Below are positions 1 to 8,474 of a stretch of 64,000 bases of DNA, piece after piece. The notes beneath the pieces are model-generated. The model saw only the letters and a program-made list of their open reading frames with translations. It ran no database searches and was not told the DNA's origin. The stretch covers positions 19,740-83,739 of the forward strand of contig JAMCTH010000004.1 in assembly GCA_023379025.1 (NCBI GenBank), read 5' to 3'. The translations under genes were made by a program, and so were the position numbers. The first letter of the stretch is position 1. Every line of letters starts with the position of its first letter. The stretch comes from Patescibacteria group bacterium. GTDB taxonomy: Bacteria; Patescibacteriota; Microgenomatia; UBA10105; UBA927.

Positions 1-143
1 TACGCTCATATTCTCGCACCCGTCAAACGGCAAGGAAATCTCCATAAGCGGTGCAGGCGCTCTGTTCACCGAAGTGACCAACAGCCTGAGCATTTTGCAG
101 TAGCGGCCGACCCAGGGAGTAATAGCAACTATCTCCCGCCTCC

Positions 144-185
144 GATTCAACAACTTACCGCGACCGCTGTAAATCGTTGAAGCTA
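144..185 (+). promoter_or_regulatory. 42-nt conserved motif copy A (GATTCaacaa-N-CGCGACCGC-N-TTGAAGCTA)
   Basis: Near-identical to the copies at 30693-30734 and 51909-51950. Contains an imperfect palindrome TTACCGCGACCGCTGTAA. Overlaps the 3' end of the PaaX-like gene. Confidence 0.5.
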
Positions 186-932
186 ATCAGAAAGACCGAA
201 ATACTGGAGCAACATCCTGTCATCCTCAATTCTCTCCGCGAGAATATATCGCACCCTCATCGGGACGCCGTACAGTTCCCGCAAAAACTCAATCTCATCA
301 AAACACTGATACGGAGAAACGTATACACTTTTTTGAAGTTGATAGAGATTGAGTTGCCGAAGCCTTTTCCGAAAAATGTCGCGTATCTGCTTGCTTTCTT
401 CAGGAATATCAAATATTACTATTCTCCATTTCTTATCCCAATGCGTTGGTTTCCGCAAAGAAAGTGAGTCGAGCTTAAACGTGAGCGCCCGCTCCATGCC
501 ATGCTTGGTTATGTATACCGTAATTGATCCGTCGCTCTGTTTTTTCGTCGTGATATAACGTTGTTTTTCCATCTGGGCGATCCGTTGCTTTATCCTCCAG
601 GATGAAACGTCTTTTTCGTAAAGATCATACCCATGGATAAATGCCCTCCCCCGCTCTTCGGCTTCGAAAACAAAAAGCATTCCTTCTCCCGCTGCCTTGG
701 CCGCGTAACAAAGAATATCCTTCACGGAGGGAAACTTGTATGATTTATGTTGGGGAGGTGAGGAATTCTCGAAAAGCTGTTTTGCTTTATTGAGCTGTAT
801 GTTCGCAAATGGATGACCACCTCGGTTCTTACCCGACCTCTTACCCACTTTCTTACTTACCTTCCTGGCGTCACTCATACCCGAAAGATGCGAATATATA
901 TTTACTTCTTGTACTCTATCAGAAATATTCAA
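183..932 (-). CDS. PaaX-like transcriptional regulator (winged-helix N-terminus plus PaaX_C-like C-terminus)
   Basis: C-terminal stretch WDKKWRIVIFDIPEESKQIRDIFRKRLRQLNLYQLQKSVYVSPYQCFDEIEFLREL resembles the PaaX C-terminal domain. The true start may be an internal Met. Both ends of the gene are bracketed by the 42-nt GATTC-N30-GAAGCTA motif. Confidence 0.5.
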   Translation of the reverse strand: MNISDRVQEVNIYSHLSGMSDARKVSKKVGKRSGKNRGGHPFANIQLNKAKQLFENSSPPQHKSYKFPSVKDILCYAAKAAGEGMLFVFEAEERGRAFIHGYDLYEKDVSSWRIKQRIAQMEKQRYITTKKQSDGSITVYITKHGMERALTFKLDSLSLRKPTHWDKKWRIVIFDIPEESKQIRDIFRKRLRQLNLYQLQKSVYVSPYQCFDEIEFLRELYGVPMRVRYILAERIEDDRMLLQYFGLSD

Positions 933-938
933 GAAATA

Positions 939-961
939 ACAGCGGTCGCGGTAAGTTGTTG
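939..961 (-). promoter_or_regulatory. Partial inverted copy of the 42-nt motif (ACAGCGGTCGCGGTAAGTTGTTG)
   Basis: A 23-nt exact reverse-complement match to the core of copy A. It sits immediately upstream of the PaaX-like start codon at 932. Confidence 0.5.
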
Positions 962-1322
962 TGCGTAAAAGAAGCTTTTATAGATCAATACAGAGCATAA
1001 AGCCTGACAACATACCGTCAATACATTGATGTCAAATTCTCTAGCCAGAAGCACGATACACCATCTCGTCTCTCTGTCTCATGCACATACCAACCATGAT
1101 ATAATGCAGGAGAAACGGGAATTAGTCCTATAATAAACGCGATTCAGGACAGAAATTATTGAAACATCTCATGACATGTGCATTGTATCGACCGACTCTC
1201 TCATCTCGCATCAGGTGGCACACAAGGGCAACAGAAAGTCGTACGGTACAAAATGGAAACGGATGTCGGTAAATAGCGATGGCGGCCTCAGAATTCCGCC
1301 GGAGCAGGGATTAGGTAAAATG

Positions 1323-2921
1323 CTAGCATGAGGGTCTCAATCCCATCATGCCATTAGGTCCGTAGTTAAATGGTATAACAGAGGTCTCCAAAACCTCTAT
1401 TGGGGGTTCGATTCCCTCCGGACCTGCTGAGAGAGAAATTGAGGCCGCGCCGGTCTGCCGGCTCTGCGCGGGTGGGGTCGCGCAGAGTGTTTTGAAGGGC
1501 TCGCGGAAAACGGCTGAGAGCCGCCGGTCTTTCAAAAAGAAGTTCGAGCCGATACGTTTGGCGAAGATTGCCAAATCTTCGCAGGCATTGTCTGCGCGCG
1601 CGATTTTATGCGCCTGAAAGGCGCTGTCTATAAATTCCTTCATGCGTTCGAGCCGTTTATTTTTCCCCGATAAATTGTCTTTCTTTTCTTCTTCCATCTG
1701 ACGCTTTACTTCTGAAAGCGTATTTTTCTTTTTCCGGTATGTTTCTTGGTCGATTGTTTGATCAAGAAGTCCATCAAGCAATACATCGAGTTTTCTGCTT
1801 ATTTCCACTAACTTTAATTCCAAAATTTGCTTTCGCTTTTCTACTCCACTCGTTTCCGATTCCGAATCGGCAACAAATTTTTGCCGCCACTCGTCCTCCC
1901 ACTCCGGCGGCAATCCCACAGAAGCAATCAAGAGACGAATCTGTTTCTCAAATTCGGAATCGGTTAGATATTTACTGAAACACGGACCGAATTTCTTTGT
2001 ACATCGGTAATATGTGTATGTGACCTTACCTCGCGTCGTGCGGTAGTATTTTGTATGGATTTCTCCTGTAATTGCTCCACCGCACTCTCCGCACCGCGCA
2101 AGTCCGACGAATGGAAAGTGATGCCCCTTAAAATGCGGCCGCTCGATCCGTATAAGCTCTGTCTGCACTTTATGAAACAAATCGCGGCTAATAATCTGTT
2201 CATGCGTGCCGTCATAATATTCGCCGAGGTGAACCATTTGACCGATATAAAATCTATTAGCAAGCATATTGCGAATGGTGTTGATATGAATGATGCGGCC
2301 GCTTTTCCTCCGAATGCCGCTATCTGCAAACATACGCGCAATATCAGTAAAAGAAACAGTACGCGTGGCAAATCGTTCAAACGATTTCTGCACGAGCGGC
2401 GCAGTCTTCGGATCAACGAGAATGGTATGTGCTTTGAGGTCATTCAGATACCCAAGTGGTGCATTATGCGGCCACACTCCGTTTCGCAATTTCTGCCGGA
2501 TGCCGCGCTTCACATTTTCCGAAAGGTTATCGACGTAATACTTAGACTGGCCGAACGCGATCGACAGCATAAATTTCCCCTGTGGTGTGTTATCAAACCA
2601 AAACGTCGGAAACTTGAGCCCTGCGAGCTTACCTGTGTCGATAAGGTAGATAATCCGACCGCCGTCTATAGAATTGCGTGCAAGCCTATCCGGATGCCAT
2701 GCGATAATACCCGCGGCCAATCCCCGTTCAATTTTACCTATAAGATCGGCAAATAGCGGACGGCCAGGTTCTTTGGCGGTTCTGGATTCGGTGATGAATT
2801 CGGAAATTTCTACTTGTTCCCGTTTCGCATATTCATTTATTTCTGCAACTTGTGCCTCTATGGATAAAACCTGCCTATCTTTCTCATCAGTCGATCTTCT
2901 GCAGTATGCGATGTATTTCAT
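1323..2921 (-). CDS. Large serine recombinase (resolvase catalytic domain, recombinase domain and zinc ribbon)
   Basis: N-terminal YCRRSTDEKDRQVLSIEAQ carries the catalytic Ser motif. WHPDRLARN follows. A C-terminal Cys cluster LARCGECGG...YYRC is present. The last ~68 codons read through repeat A' and the tRNA, so the true stop is uncertain. Confidence 0.85.
   Translation of the reverse strand: MKYIAYCRRSTDEKDRQVLSIEAQVAEINEYAKREQVEISEFITESRTAKEPGRPLFADLIGKIERGLAAGIIAWHPDRLARNSIDGGRIIYLIDTGKLAGLKFPTFWFDNTPQGKFMLSIAFGQSKYYVDNLSENVKRGIRQKLRNGVWPHNAPLGYLNDLKAHTILVDPKTAPLVQKSFERFATRTVSFTDIARMFADSGIRRKSGRIIHINTIRNMLANRFYIGQMVHLGEYYDGTHEQIISRDLFHKVQTELIRIERPHFKGHHFPFVGLARCGECGGAITGEIHTKYYRTTRGKVTYTYYRCTKKFGPCFSKYLTDSEFEKQIRLLIASVGLPPEWEDEWRQKFVADSESETSGVEKRKQILELKLVEISRKLDVLLDGLLDQTIDQETYRKKKNTLSEVKRQMEEEKKDNLSGKNKRLERMKEFIDSAFQAHKIARADNACEDLAIFAKRIGSNFFLKDRRLSAVFREPFKTLCATPPAQSRQTGAASISLSAGPEGIEPPIEVLETSVIPFNYGPNGMMGLRPSC
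1356..1426 (+). tRNA. tRNA-Trp (anticodon CCA)
   Basis: Manual cloverleaf: acceptor AGGTCCG/CGGACCT, D-arm GTTA-AATGGTA-TAAC, anticodon stem GAGGT/ACCTC with loop CTCCAAA, T-arm GGGGG-TTCGATT-CCCTC, discriminator G. No CCA is encoded. The 3' end abuts island repeat A. Confidence 0.7.
1427..1526 (+). repeat. Island repeat A' (attL arm): reverse complement of 2967-3066
   Basis: About 100 nt, perfect reverse-complement match to the left half of the central repeat block. It starts right after the tRNA-Trp discriminator, with CTG as the junction core. Confidence 0.8.
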
Positions 2922-2966
2922 ATAATTAAAAGAAATTTTTGCGGGGTCTTTCCTTCTTTTTGCTTT

Positions 2967-3172
2967 CGGCGGCTCTCAGCCGTTTTCCGCGAGCCCTTCA
3001 AAACACTCTGCGCGACCCCACCCGCGCAGAGCCGGCAGACCGGCGCGGCCTCAATTTCTCTCTCAGCAGTGATTTATGAAAAAGTTCGAACCTATTTTCT
3101 CGTTAACTCCTAGCTCGCCCCGCCTGCGGCGGGGATCGCATGGTCGGCGCGTCGCCCCCGCCCGACGCGCCT
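2967..3172 (+). repeat. Central composite repeat A|B (inverted attP-like block)
   Basis: The left half is the reverse complement of 1427-1526. The right half is the reverse complement of 7604-7714 with one mismatch. The two halves overlap at a CAG/CTG core at ~3063-3066. Confidence 0.8.
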
Positions 3173-3242
3173 GCAAACGCATCGGCTCGAAATTTTAAAT
3201 TCCAAAGACCCCGCAGAAATTTCTGTAGGTATCTTTTTTCGT

Positions 3243-3291
3243 ATTGCTAACTATAGTATGTAGAACTAAAGTTAGCAAGTGGCTATAATTC
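3243..3291 (+). promoter_or_regulatory. Candidate C-box/operator and -10 box upstream of the XRE (C-protein) gene
   Basis: Inverted repeat TGCTAACT-N15-AGTTAGCA followed by GCTATAAT, immediately 5' of 3279. Confidence 0.3.
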
Positions 3292-3509
3292 CCGTTAGAA
3301 CAATGAAAAAAGATGTCCTCATCAAATTCGGACAAAAAGTTCGCGAAGAAAGGTTAAAACGAAAACTTTCGCAAGAAGAGTTTGCCGATATTGCCGGTGT
3401 TCATCGTACATATATAGGCATGATTGAGAGAGCCGAAAAAAATATTACACTTGAAAACATCGAAAAAATAGCCAAAGCATTTAACTTTAATATCAAAAAT
3501 CTTTTTTAA
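3279..3509 (+). CDS. XRE-family HTH regulator, candidate RM controller (C) protein
   Basis: LSQEEFADIAGVHRTYIGMIERAEKNITLENIEKIAKAF matches an HTH_XRE domain. It is 76 aa and sits directly upstream of the putative REase. Confidence 0.6.
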   Translation: MAIIPVRTMKKDVLIKFGQKVREERLKRKLSQEEFADIAGVHRTYIGMIERAEKNITLENIEKIAKAFNFNIKNLF

Positions 3510-3517
3510 AAATTTCT

Positions 3518-4366
3518 ATGCTTCCTAACCCAAAATATTTAATTTCTGATAAGAGTTTTTGGGCGCATATTAAGTTTTTGTCTGAAAATTTAGGCTATTC
3601 TGACAGAGGAACCTCAAAACTAAAATCTTACACTAAAGAAGAAATTCTGAAAGTAATGCAACTAACAGGCCTAGACACTTCACACTTAACAAAAAATACA
3701 ATCCATGAAGATACTTACTTAAACACAATTGTAGGTTATTTGAACTACCGATCAAAAATTCTAGAGTCGGAAGTTGAAAAACAACTGATGACAAGAGAGA
3801 ACGCCAAGGAAATTTTTGAGGATTTGAAAAAAACATTAAAACCAAAATGTAAGCTTCCAATGAATAAACAAAGGGGTAAAAAGAAACATTACGCCTACCT
3901 GACTTGTATCGTAAACATGTTAACGGAAGCTACCCTAAAAAAGGCTACTTTTGACCAAGATCCACATTCCTTAACAATAATAACTAAAAATAAAATGCCG
4001 TTACGAACATTTACACGAAGATTTGATGGCGCATATCCAACGATACTCAATCCGTTAGCGATTTGGGAAATTAAAGAATACTACGGAACCACTACGTTTG
4101 GCAGTAGAGTGGCAGATGGTATATACGAATCAATCCTTGACGGAGAAGAATTATCTGAATTAAAGGAGAATGAACATATAGAAGTATTTCACTATTTGAT
4201 GGTTGATGATCATTTCACTTGGTGGATCAAAGGAAAATCATATCTTTGTAGAATAATTGACCTATTGCATATGGGGTTTGTAACTGAGGCAATATTTGGA
4301 AGAGAAGTATTAACTCGCTGGCCAATAGTTGTTGAAAGTTGGAAAAAAATCAGTTTACCACGTTAA
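3518..4366 (+). CDS. Putative type II restriction endonuclease, assigned by context
   Basis: Nine-nt gap after the C-protein gene and convergent with the Dam-family MTase. RRFDGAYPTILNPLAIWEIKEY gives a plausible PD-(D/E)xK arrangement (D ... EIK). No recognisable family beyond that. Confidence 0.35.
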   Translation: MLPNPKYLISDKSFWAHIKFLSENLGYSDRGTSKLKSYTKEEILKVMQLTGLDTSHLTKNTIHEDTYLNTIVGYLNYRSKILESEVEKQLMTRENAKEIFEDLKKTLKPKCKLPMNKQRGKKKHYAYLTCIVNMLTEATLKKATFDQDPHSLTIITKNKMPLRTFTRRFDGAYPTILNPLAIWEIKEYYGTTTFGSRVADGIYESILDGEELSELKENEHIEVFHYLMVDDHFTWWIKGKSYLCRIIDLLHMGFVTEAIFGREVLTRWPIVVESWKKISLPR

Positions 4367-5263
4367 AAGCAATCTCTCTTTAACGAATTCTCCATCCATA
4401 TTTTCTCCGGATTTCTGAAAACGTTTCAGCATGGAATGCCCATTATCTATAAATAATTCACGCTTAAACAAGTCTAACGGAAACTCAAAACTTAACACTT
4501 TATTTCCAGACTTTTTTGTGCCGTCGATTGACAAAGCCACCTTAGCTCCCTTTCTTACACAATCTTCAATCGCTGTAAAAAGATCTTTTAACTTAAAAGA
4601 TTGAGCGCCATATAGAATTGCTTGGCTATCTACATATGGTGGGTCGCAATATATTATATCCCCTTTTTCGGCTAAACGCATTGTTTCTCGATAGTCTGCA
4701 TGAAGAAACTTTGTATTTTTAACTCTGGAATTCCAGATGGCAACTCTATTTTCAAATGACTCTGGGGGTACTGGTTTGTGAGGTCCAATTGGAGTACTAA
4801 TTTTCCCTTCTTTTGTAAAACGCATGACACCACCATAACAAGTTCTTGAAATGAACAATAAATCAAGAGGATTCGGGTGAGCGTTATAGCTGTTTTTTAC
4901 TTTTTCGTAATGAGACTTTCGATCGGCTACAAATTGATTCCAATTTAAACTATAACTCTCAACTAATTTATCCGGAAAGTTTTGCAACAATTCCATCAAC
5001 TCAATTAAGGGCTTAAGCATATCACCAGCAATTGCTTTAGTTGGATTAAAAGTCGCCAAGACGGCCCCTGTCCCAACAAAAGGTTCTATGTATTTGTTAT
5101 AGTCTGCAGGAAACATTGAAACTATTTTTTCTGCAAATCTATGCTTATTACCCACCCACTTAAGTAATTGTGGCGGTGATCCAATAACTAGTGGTGTATC
5201 ATCAAACATTCTATTTTGAGTATATGTGGTAAATGACGAGATTGGAAGGACAAAAGGATTCAT
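4355..5263 (-). CDS. N6-adenine DNA methyltransferase, Dam/D12 class
   Basis: LKWVGNK, EPFVGTGAV (motif I) and IYCDPPY (motif IV) line up with E. coli Dam LKWAGGK / EPFVGAGSV / YCDPPY. Confidence 0.85.
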   Translation of the reverse strand: MNPFVLPISSFTTYTQNRMFDDTPLVIGSPPQLLKWVGNKHRFAEKIVSMFPADYNKYIEPFVGTGAVLATFNPTKAIAGDMLKPLIELMELLQNFPDKLVESYSLNWNQFVADRKSHYEKVKNSYNAHPNPLDLLFISRTCYGGVMRFTKEGKISTPIGPHKPVPPESFENRVAIWNSRVKNTKFLHADYRETMRLAEKGDIIYCDPPYVDSQAILYGAQSFKLKDLFTAIEDCVRKGAKVALSIDGTKKSGNKVLSFEFPLDLFKRELFIDNGHSMLKRFQKSGENMDGEFVKERLLLTW

Positions 5264-5266
5264 ACT

Positions 5267-5866
5267 TCAATTATTTCTTAATAAACCACAAAATACTCCT
5301 CTAATTTCGAGCTCTTTTGGATAGATATTAGAAAGTGTTTTATTTCGAGGCTCTAAATAGACTTTTCCATTTCTATTCCTAAAAACTTTGAGCGTGGCGC
5401 CCTTTTCCGTAATTGCGACTACTCTGTCTCCATCCTGTGCAGTTTTCTGATGCCGGACGACTATAACGTCGCCATCAAGGATATTATCATCCTGCATGCT
5501 TGTCCCTTTTACTTCAAGCGCATAATAATCACCCTTCCTGCTTATCATGGACAATGGTACATCGATCGGCTCCGGATTCTCGATCGGCTCTATTGGATTG
5601 CCAGCCGCTATAATGCCGAGCTTGAATATACGGCCAAACTGCTGAACAGTCGTACTGATACCGCGGGCTATATTATCTGTTTTTTGAAGAAATCCCCTCG
5701 TTTCAAGCTCTTCAACGAAATGCTGGGCAGTACTGACGGATTTTCGGAAATTTCCAGCAATCTCATGGAGCGAAGGTGAATACCCTTTGTTTTTGACGAA
5801 ATTTTTGATGAAATCCAACACCTGCTTCTGCTTCGGTGTGATTGTCATGGAAGTATTGACTTTCAT
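5267..5866 (-). CDS. LexA-like / S24 peptidase-family repressor
   Basis: N-terminal wHTH (KQKQVLDFIK...) is followed by an S24 domain GDYYALEVKGTSMQDDNILDGDVIVVRHQ with a downstream Lys. Transcribed divergently from the TIR-like gene. Confidence 0.75.
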   Translation of the reverse strand: MKVNTSMTITPKQKQVLDFIKNFVKNKGYSPSLHEIAGNFRKSVSTAQHFVEELETRGFLQKTDNIARGISTTVQQFGRIFKLGIIAAGNPIEPIENPEPIDVPLSMISRKGDYYALEVKGTSMQDDNILDGDVIVVRHQKTAQDGDRVVAITEKGATLKVFRNRNGKVYLEPRNKTLSNIYPKELEIRGVFCGLLRNN

Positions 5867-5925
5867 ACGCAGTTGTCCTATTATTAATTTATTACTTTTT
5901 TATGACTTTTGTCAATACTCAAAAT
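5867..5925. promoter_or_regulatory. Divergent promoter/operator region between the S24 repressor and the TIR-like gene
   Basis: Short AT-rich intergenic stretch containing a TGAC-N4-GTCA palindrome (atgacttttgtcaat) and a TATTGAC...GTCAATA inverted pair. Confidence 0.3.
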
Positions 5926-6520
5926 GAATGACCAATACCTATCACCGCTATTATCTCAAATTTTGAACGTGCCTGAAAAGCACAAGGTATTCGTAAGCTT
6001 CCATCACGAAGACCAAGCATATCGTGACCAATTTGATCAATTTTATAGTCAATATTTCATAAGCAAGTCTGTGGATTTTGGCGACATAGAACCGGACAAT
6101 AGTGACGAATATATCAAACGACTGATTCAAGAAGAGCACATCTCCGATACCAGCGTAGTTGTGGTTCTATATGGAGCAAGCACATGGAAAAGAAAACATA
6201 TCGACTGGGAGATGTCAGCGGCGCTTCAAGAAAAAGTCGGCGGACATTCTGGCTTAATACTCATGATCCTTCCCACATTCCCCGTCCGCCCGTACAACGC
6301 ATACGGTCAGTACGACGAATCGTTCCTGCATCCGTATTTTCATCCGAGAGCTTCTGCGAATCTGAAATCGGGGTATGCGACTCTATTATATTGGCCGGGC
6401 TTATATCCCAGCCTGCCTGCCGTACAAATGACTGATGCAATCCAAAACGCGTTTGACCGGCGAATAACCCATAAGAAACTTATTGACAATTCTCACCCGC
6501 AATATCAAAATAACCGCTAA
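5909..6520 (+). CDS. TIR-like domain protein (DUF1863 / ThsB-like)
   Basis: KVFVSFHHEDQAYRD and SVVVVLYGASTWKRKHIDWEMSAALQEK parallel the ThsB blocks RVFFSFHYQD and SVTCVLIGSQTFNRRWVRYEIMKSIEKG. Confidence 0.65.
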   Translation: MSILKMNDQYLSPLLSQILNVPEKHKVFVSFHHEDQAYRDQFDQFYSQYFISKSVDFGDIEPDNSDEYIKRLIQEEHISDTSVVVVLYGASTWKRKHIDWEMSAALQEKVGGHSGLILMILPTFPVRPYNAYGQYDESFLHPYFHPRASANLKSGYATLLYWPGLYPSLPAVQMTDAIQNAFDRRITHKKLIDNSHPQYQNNR

Positions 6521-6522
6521 GC

Positions 6523-7152
6523 ATGAACTTGAGTAATTTATTACGAATTTATGTCGATCATTACGCGCTAAACATAGAAATAGGTCTTATCCCTATCGGT
6601 ATCGCGATCGGTCTTGTTGTGATCCTTGTATTAAAAAAAGCTTTTAACTGGAATTTTGGTTTCAATGAAGTTGAACTTAATATAAATCTGGGCGGAATTG
6701 GAAATGTAAAAATCACGCCCAATCATGAGGTAAGGCAAATTGCTCATAAAGCATGGACAGAATTGGTTACGCGAAAGGCCGGTCTTCTATTTGAGGCGGA
6801 ACACGATGTAATCATCGAGGTGTATAACTCGTGGTATCAACTATTTAAAGAAATCAGACTGATGATAAGGAGCGTCCCGGCATCCCAGTTAAAAAATAAC
6901 GACACGAAACGCTTGATAGAAATTCTGGTAAAATCACTCAATCTTGGAATGAGGCCGCACTTAACAAAATGGCAAGCGAGATTTAGACGATGGTATGAGG
7001 CAGAATCTAAGAAGCCTAAAAACGCAGAAAAAAGCCCACAAGATATTCAAAAAAAATATGCGCGTTATGATGAACTCGTGGCAGACTTAATAAAAATAAA
7101 CGGCCAGCTTATTGAATATACTGAAGAACTGAAAAAACTATCCCTAAAATAG
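6523..7152 (+). CDS. Single-pass membrane protein of unknown function; putative partner/effector of the TIR-like protein
   Basis: Three-nt gap after the TIR gene suggests translational coupling. One TM helix (IGLIPIGIAIGLVVILVL), then a ~165-aa predicted soluble domain with a K/E-rich tail. No recognisable family. Confidence 0.5.
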   Translation: MNLSNLLRIYVDHYALNIEIGLIPIGIAIGLVVILVLKKAFNWNFGFNEVELNINLGGIGNVKITPNHEVRQIAHKAWTELVTRKAGLLFEAEHDVIIEVYNSWYQLFKEIRLMIRSVPASQLKNNDTKRLIEILVKSLNLGMRPHLTKWQARFRRWYEAESKKPKNAEKSPQDIQKKYARYDELVADLIKINGQLIEYTEELKKLSLK

Positions 7153-7603
7153 GCGGCGTCCGCCGCCCCCGCTCCCCCGGATAGTACTAGCTGAAAAGCG
7201 TGCGTCTCCGCACGCTCTATCCACGACCCGAACGTGGTGCGCAGCGTGCTCAAATAATTTCTTTGCGCGAAGCGCTAACCTATAAGTGGGCGCGCAAGCC
7301 GTACGAACGCTGGACAGGGATACGATATGAGCGGCGGGGGCGAAAAGCGGATCATCCCGTCGACTGCAGGACGTACTAAATCAAAATAGACTACGGTAGA
7401 GACTGAAAAAGTAAATAAACCACCTGAACATTGGCGAGGCGCCCCCTAGGGCGCCCTCTCGCACAAAGGCGGGGTCGCCGCCATCCGCTCTTGTTTTGGG
7501 TGGGAGGGTGATACGGAATCAAGAAAGCATTGGCTTTGTGTTAATATTAATCCATCAATGCTCGCTCCCTAGCGAGAACGCGCGCGCAGACAGTGCCTTA
7601 GGC

Positions 7604-7714
7604 GCGTCGGGCGAGGGCGACGCGCCGACCATGCGATCCCCGCCGCAGGCGGGGCGAGCTAGGAGTTAACGAGAAAATAGGTTCGAACTTTTTCATAAAT
7701 CACTGCCATAACAA
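7604..7714 (+). repeat. Island repeat B' (attR arm): reverse complement of 3063-3172
   Basis: About 110 nt with one mismatch. It ends at ...aatcaCTG|ccataac. Confidence 0.8.
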
Positions 7715-7790
7715 CGACGTGGCTTGTAGAGAAGGTATGTTTTATTTCTATATTCTTAATTCTTAGTTTAAATGCCATAACCGGTTGCTT

Positions 7791-8474
7791 TCAGCGTGAA
7801 TGTGGGTCTTGATCGCGGGTCAGCAGTCGCCACGCTCTCCGGAGATTCCCATGGGTATACCACCAATGACGCGTGAGTCCCGTTGGGGAATACGTTTTTT
7901 CTTTCAACATAAAGCCATACTGTTTTTCCCACCGCGTGAACGCAGCTTGCCATATATGAGGATCTGTTGGCTTCTCGACGAGCATCAGAAGCGACGCCAC
8001 GCGTCTGAGCGCCTGCGTTGCTTCGAACGGGCTATGGAGCGGCAAAAGCCGCTTCGCTTGTCGATCGACGTGGGCAAGACACCGTTGATGGGGAATGTTC
8101 CCGAAATGGGAAGCTACTCCTGCCACAATGGATCCTTTCCAATCGCTCACTGCTCCCATGGGGAGATGGGTTCCCAAAAGTCCAGCAAGAACGGTGAGAT
8201 CCCGATGCATCGCTTCATAGGTCTCACTCGGAATGAATGACCACCAGAGATGTTCTTTCGTCGTCACGTTGCGGTGAATGAAAAAGACACCGACTCTCCC
8301 AAGCCACTTTCCATCGCACCCGTAGACCCACGGTGCATGGTTTGGAGCAGTTTTCGGAGGCAGGATGTGCCACACATCGGATGCCGTCAGTGGATGATCA
8401 AGGAATTGCCCAAAACGAAGAGAAAGTGTTGGACGGGACCAATCGTTGACGGAAAGAATTTCTTCCCGATTCAC
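7791..8474 (-). CDS. Transposase-like protein (possible DDE-family remnant)
   Basis: HQRCLAHVDRQAKRLLP resembles C-x2-H...R motifs of IS transposases. It lies directly adjacent to the island's right end and looks truncated relative to full-length transposases. Confidence 0.3.
   Translation of the reverse strand: MNREEILSVNDWSRPTLSLRFGQFLDHPLTASDVWHILPPKTAPNHAPWVYGCDGKWLGRVGVFFIHRNVTTKEHLWWSFIPSETYEAMHRDLTVLAGLLGTHLPMGAVSDWKGSIVAGVASHFGNIPHQRCLAHVDRQAKRLLPLHSPFEATQALRRVASLLMLVEKPTDPHIWQAAFTRWEKQYGFMLKEKTYSPTGLTRHWWYTHGNLRRAWRLLTRDQDPHSR

Larger units (their letters stand above)
1427..7714. mobile_element. Integrated genomic island at tRNA-Trp 3' end (serine-recombinase type) carrying RM and TIR cargo
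   Basis: Junction logic: attL = ggacCTGctgagaga, attR = aaatcaCTGccataac, internal block = reverse complement of an attP (aaatcaCTGctgagaga). The cargo reads as accessory: RM system, S24 repressor, TIR-like protein. A possible transposase remnant lies just outside at 7791-8474. Confidence 0.6.

Noticed and set aside
177-467. Plus-strand 96-aa ORF at the window start.
   Set aside because: It is entirely antisense to the PaaX-like gene, which has a recognisable domain. No motif supports it.
7153-7603. GC-rich 450-nt stretch with several palindromes (GGCGGCGTCCGCCGCC, GCGTGCGTCTCCGCACGC, GGCGCCCCCTAGGGCGCC), considered as a possible ncRNA or degraded gene.
   Set aside because: No ORF, no recognisable RNA family features, and no T-tracts. 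I could not support a specific call. It may simply be island non-coding DNA adjacent to attR.
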